Shown in pieces: positions 62,082 to 64,000 of a stretch of DNA of 64,000 nucleotides; the first letter of the stretch is position 1; each line of letters begins with the position of its first letter. The position numbers and the translations under genes were made by a program. The DNA is from a virus (Duplodnaviria; Caudoviricetes): the IMG/VR virus record IMGVR_UViG_3300037755_000349, positions 1 to 64,000 of that record, one strand, 5' to 3'. The notes under the pieces were generated by a model. The model was not told the DNA's origin, made no database searches, and worked only from the letters and a program-made list of their open reading frames with translations.

Positions 62082-62634
62082 TAATGGGCAAATCTTCGAA
62101 TGCGCGATCGTGGTCGTGGAGACAGGCAGCGTCGCCTACAACGGCGGGCTGTGGCTCGCTGGATGGGGCGACACTTCGGATCGTGGGATGTGGGTGCGAT
62201 TTTGGCTCGATGAGGAGTCCGATCGTCATCCTTTTGCAGGATACGCAAAGCGGTCAACTGATCATCCGCTCGGCACGATGTTCATGGTGGTTATGGTTGC
62301 GCTCGATGACTCCGGCAATCCCCTCAATCCGCAAGTGGAGCATCTGGCTGGGGCGGTGGAGGCGCCGCGCAAGGGGCGCACCAATTCTCAGTGGGCTCAC
62401 CTCATCATCACCGGCCCGCGCTTCTGCCAGTGGTTGCGAGAGAAAGAGCGGGAGTTCACGCCGCGCATCAACAAACTGCATGGTGGCTGGACCCCTGAAC
62501 TCGCGCGCCGATACGTCGTGCGATACGTCCTGCAATCCGAAAGCCTCACCGTGATCGACCACGATCCTGACAAGCTGAAGATCTGGCACGAAAAAGTGCG
62601 TATCCCTTTCAGTCAATGGGCAGGAGAGATGTGA
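61918..62634 (+). CDS. Conserved-looking phage hypothetical protein overlapping the dnaB 3' end
   Basis: FQGEMEL..NPFK..LAGWGDT..HPFAG..VALDDSG.P. Confidence 0.6.
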   Translation: MAEMMDLAVFQGEMELLNAAWSLDSGRTIELRLVEQPGREHVNPFKKYTKKRGGSNGQIFECAIVVVETGSVAYNGGLWLAGWGDTSDRGMWVRFWLDEESDRHPFAGYAKRSTDHPLGTMFMVVMVALDDSGNPLNPQVEHLAGAVEAPRKGRTNSQWAHLIITGPRFCQWLREKEREFTPRINKLHGGWTPELARRYVVRYVLQSESLTVIDHDPDKLKIWHEKVRIPFSQWAGEM

Positions 62635-62942
62635 TGGACACAAAGCAAAAATTCAAAGCGATCCACGCTCTCGCGCGCGCGTCGATCATGCTCGATTACC
62701 AGGACAAGTTCTATGTGAGCCACGACGTGCACATGTACGGCGACGCCGGGCTGCACACCGAAGTGGGCATCGTCGGGCGCGGACCGATGCCGCACGATGC
62801 GATCGAAGCGCACTGGGAGCTGCTCACCAAGGCCACGCACGATAATCCGCTGCGCAAGATGGTAGGCGGCACCGAACGGGGGTATGTTTGGAACGGCTTT
62901 ATGTGGGAAGAGGTGTCTTTGCCGAGGAAATCGGCCAGTTAA
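62634..62942 (+). CDS. Hypothetical protein
   Basis: TGATG-coupled; AGGAG upstream. Confidence 0.55.
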   Translation: MDTKQKFKAIHALARASIMLDYQDKFYVSHDVHMYGDAGLHTEVGIVGRGPMPHDAIEAHWELLTKATHDNPLRKMVGGTERGYVWNGFMWEEVSLPRKSAS

Positions 62943-62955
62943 AACGAGGAAGCAA

Positions 62956-63078
62956 ATGATGATCGACAACGATGGCATCGAGGATCTGGGGAGCGTGACA
63001 GAGGAAACCAAGCAGACGGCACCCTGGCCGCCTTATTACTGGGATTGGTTGTACGGCTATGGAACCGAACCATGGTGA
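62956..63078 (+). CDS. 40-aa lasso-peptide-precursor-like peptide
   Basis: GAGGA RBS; leader IEDLGSVTEETK followed by aromatic/Pro-rich QTAPWPPYYWDWLYGYGTEPW. Confidence 0.6.
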   Translation: MMIDNDGIEDLGSVTEETKQTAPWPPYYWDWLYGYGTEPW

Positions 63079-63253
63079 TGCTGTGAAGCAGATCCAGATC
63101 ACGAAGGCATGAACTTGGACGGGCGACGATGCGGCTTCGGAGGTTGCGCCCGGCCGGCGGCGATCCGGCATCCATATGACCTCAGTGCGCGTTAGTCATG
63201 AGTGGCGCTCCGCTAATTAACCATGACAGTCCGCAGCGTGCCCTCCTTCACGC

Positions 63254-63598
63254 GTGGCGGACACCTACCCTTTGGAGAACAGCGTGGATTTGAAAAGCAC
63301 CCTGGAGTACTTGGCCGTCAACGCACCGGAAATCGGCCGCCTGCGCGAGCGCGGCGACAAGCTCGCCGGCAGAGTGTATCGCGCGTACCGGCACTGCTAC
63401 GACCATCGCACCGATGTGAAGGCGCAGAACGAATTGATCACGGTCGTGGAGGACTACATCCGCCGCGACTTGAACATCGCCGCGGCGAAGGATCTCGCCG
63501 ACCGTTACGGCCACAAGCACGTTGACGATCCGATCATCATTCCCGATCCGATAAAGGTGCAGCATGCCGTCCGTGACGCTCTTCGAAGGAGACATTGA
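63254..63598 (+). CDS. Hypothetical protein
   Basis: Helical ORF coupled to the next gene. Confidence 0.5.
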   Translation: MADTYPLENSVDLKSTLEYLAVNAPEIGRLRERGDKLAGRVYRAYRHCYDHRTDVKAQNELITVVEDYIRRDLNIAAAKDLADRYGHKHVDDPIIIPDPIKVQHAVRDALRRRH

Positions 63599-63906
63599 CG
63601 ATGTTTCGTAACCGGCGCCTGTTGGACCTGGCGCATCGGATCACGGAATGTACGATCAACATCCCCGGCTGCCACGGCCATGCACCGAACGGCTGCGAGC
63701 CGGCGCATTCAAATTGGCATGAACACGGGAAAGGGAAATCACTGAAGGCGCACGATTGTTTCTTCGCCGCGGCCTGTCATTCATGCCACGTTGAGTTAGA
63801 TCAGGGATCGCGGTACGCGCGAGAAGAAAAAAAAGAATTCTGGCAGCGCGGCCATGCCCGCACGCTGCTGATCTTGTGGGAACGTGGATGGATCAAAGTA
63901 ACCTGA
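63595..63906 (+). CDS. DUF1364/YbcO-like His-Me-finger nuclease
   Basis: ECTINIPGC..CEPAHSN..GKGKSLKAHD..AAACHSCH.ELD. Confidence 0.75.
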   Translation: MTMFRNRRLLDLAHRITECTINIPGCHGHAPNGCEPAHSNWHEHGKGKSLKAHDCFFAAACHSCHVELDQGSRYAREEKKEFWQRGHARTLLILWERGWIKVT

Positions 63907-64000
63907 TAGATCAACGCTTCGCGTCTTTGGTGGTCGTGAATCTCGCATTCATCCGACGCACGGGGCGCGCAAACGTCCGTTATTGGACGTGCAGATGTGA

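Noticed and set aside
1-64000. CRISPR array or mini-array
   Set aside because: No 23-47-bp repeat recurring with regular unique spacers; the phased boxes are only 6-7 bp
1-64000. Diversity-generating retroelement, retron, intron or intein
   Set aside because: No reverse-transcriptase (YxDD) gene, no template/variable repeat pair seen, and terL and DnaB are of normal length without intein motifs

Overview
The window is one ~62-63% GC tailed-phage sequence (by eye), probably most of a circularly permuted genome, with no host genes, CRISPR array, integrase or DNA polymerase visible. The virion looks podovirus-like: P22-type portal, GroES-like co-chaperonin, scaffold, major capsid protein, short-tail and ejection proteins, and no tape-measure gene. 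Layout: terL (0.97-2.6 kb); a leftward cassette with an orphan FecI-like ECF sigma factor and a DUF932 gene; ~30 small rightward accessory genes (5.3-14.9 kb) that separate terL from the portal; the head/tail operon containing a tRNA-Met(CAT); a ~3,910-aa polyvalent ejection protein; lysis genes; a leftward recombination arm (exonuclease, SSB, YqaJ, RecT); and a rightward replication arm (initiator-like protein, DnaB). Best novelty candidates: (1) three small accessory genes at 13.07-14.40 kb built from pieces of the phage's own capsid, scaffold and capsid-associated proteins, two with Tat-like leaders; (2) an orphan lasso-peptide-like precursor at 62956-63078; (3) a recurring [LF]H[KRN]K linker, once an exact 17-bp direct repeat, bounding the cargo modules of the giant protein; (4) helically phased GTTGC boxes in four regulatory regions. 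All family calls are from motif recognition by eye; no database search was run.
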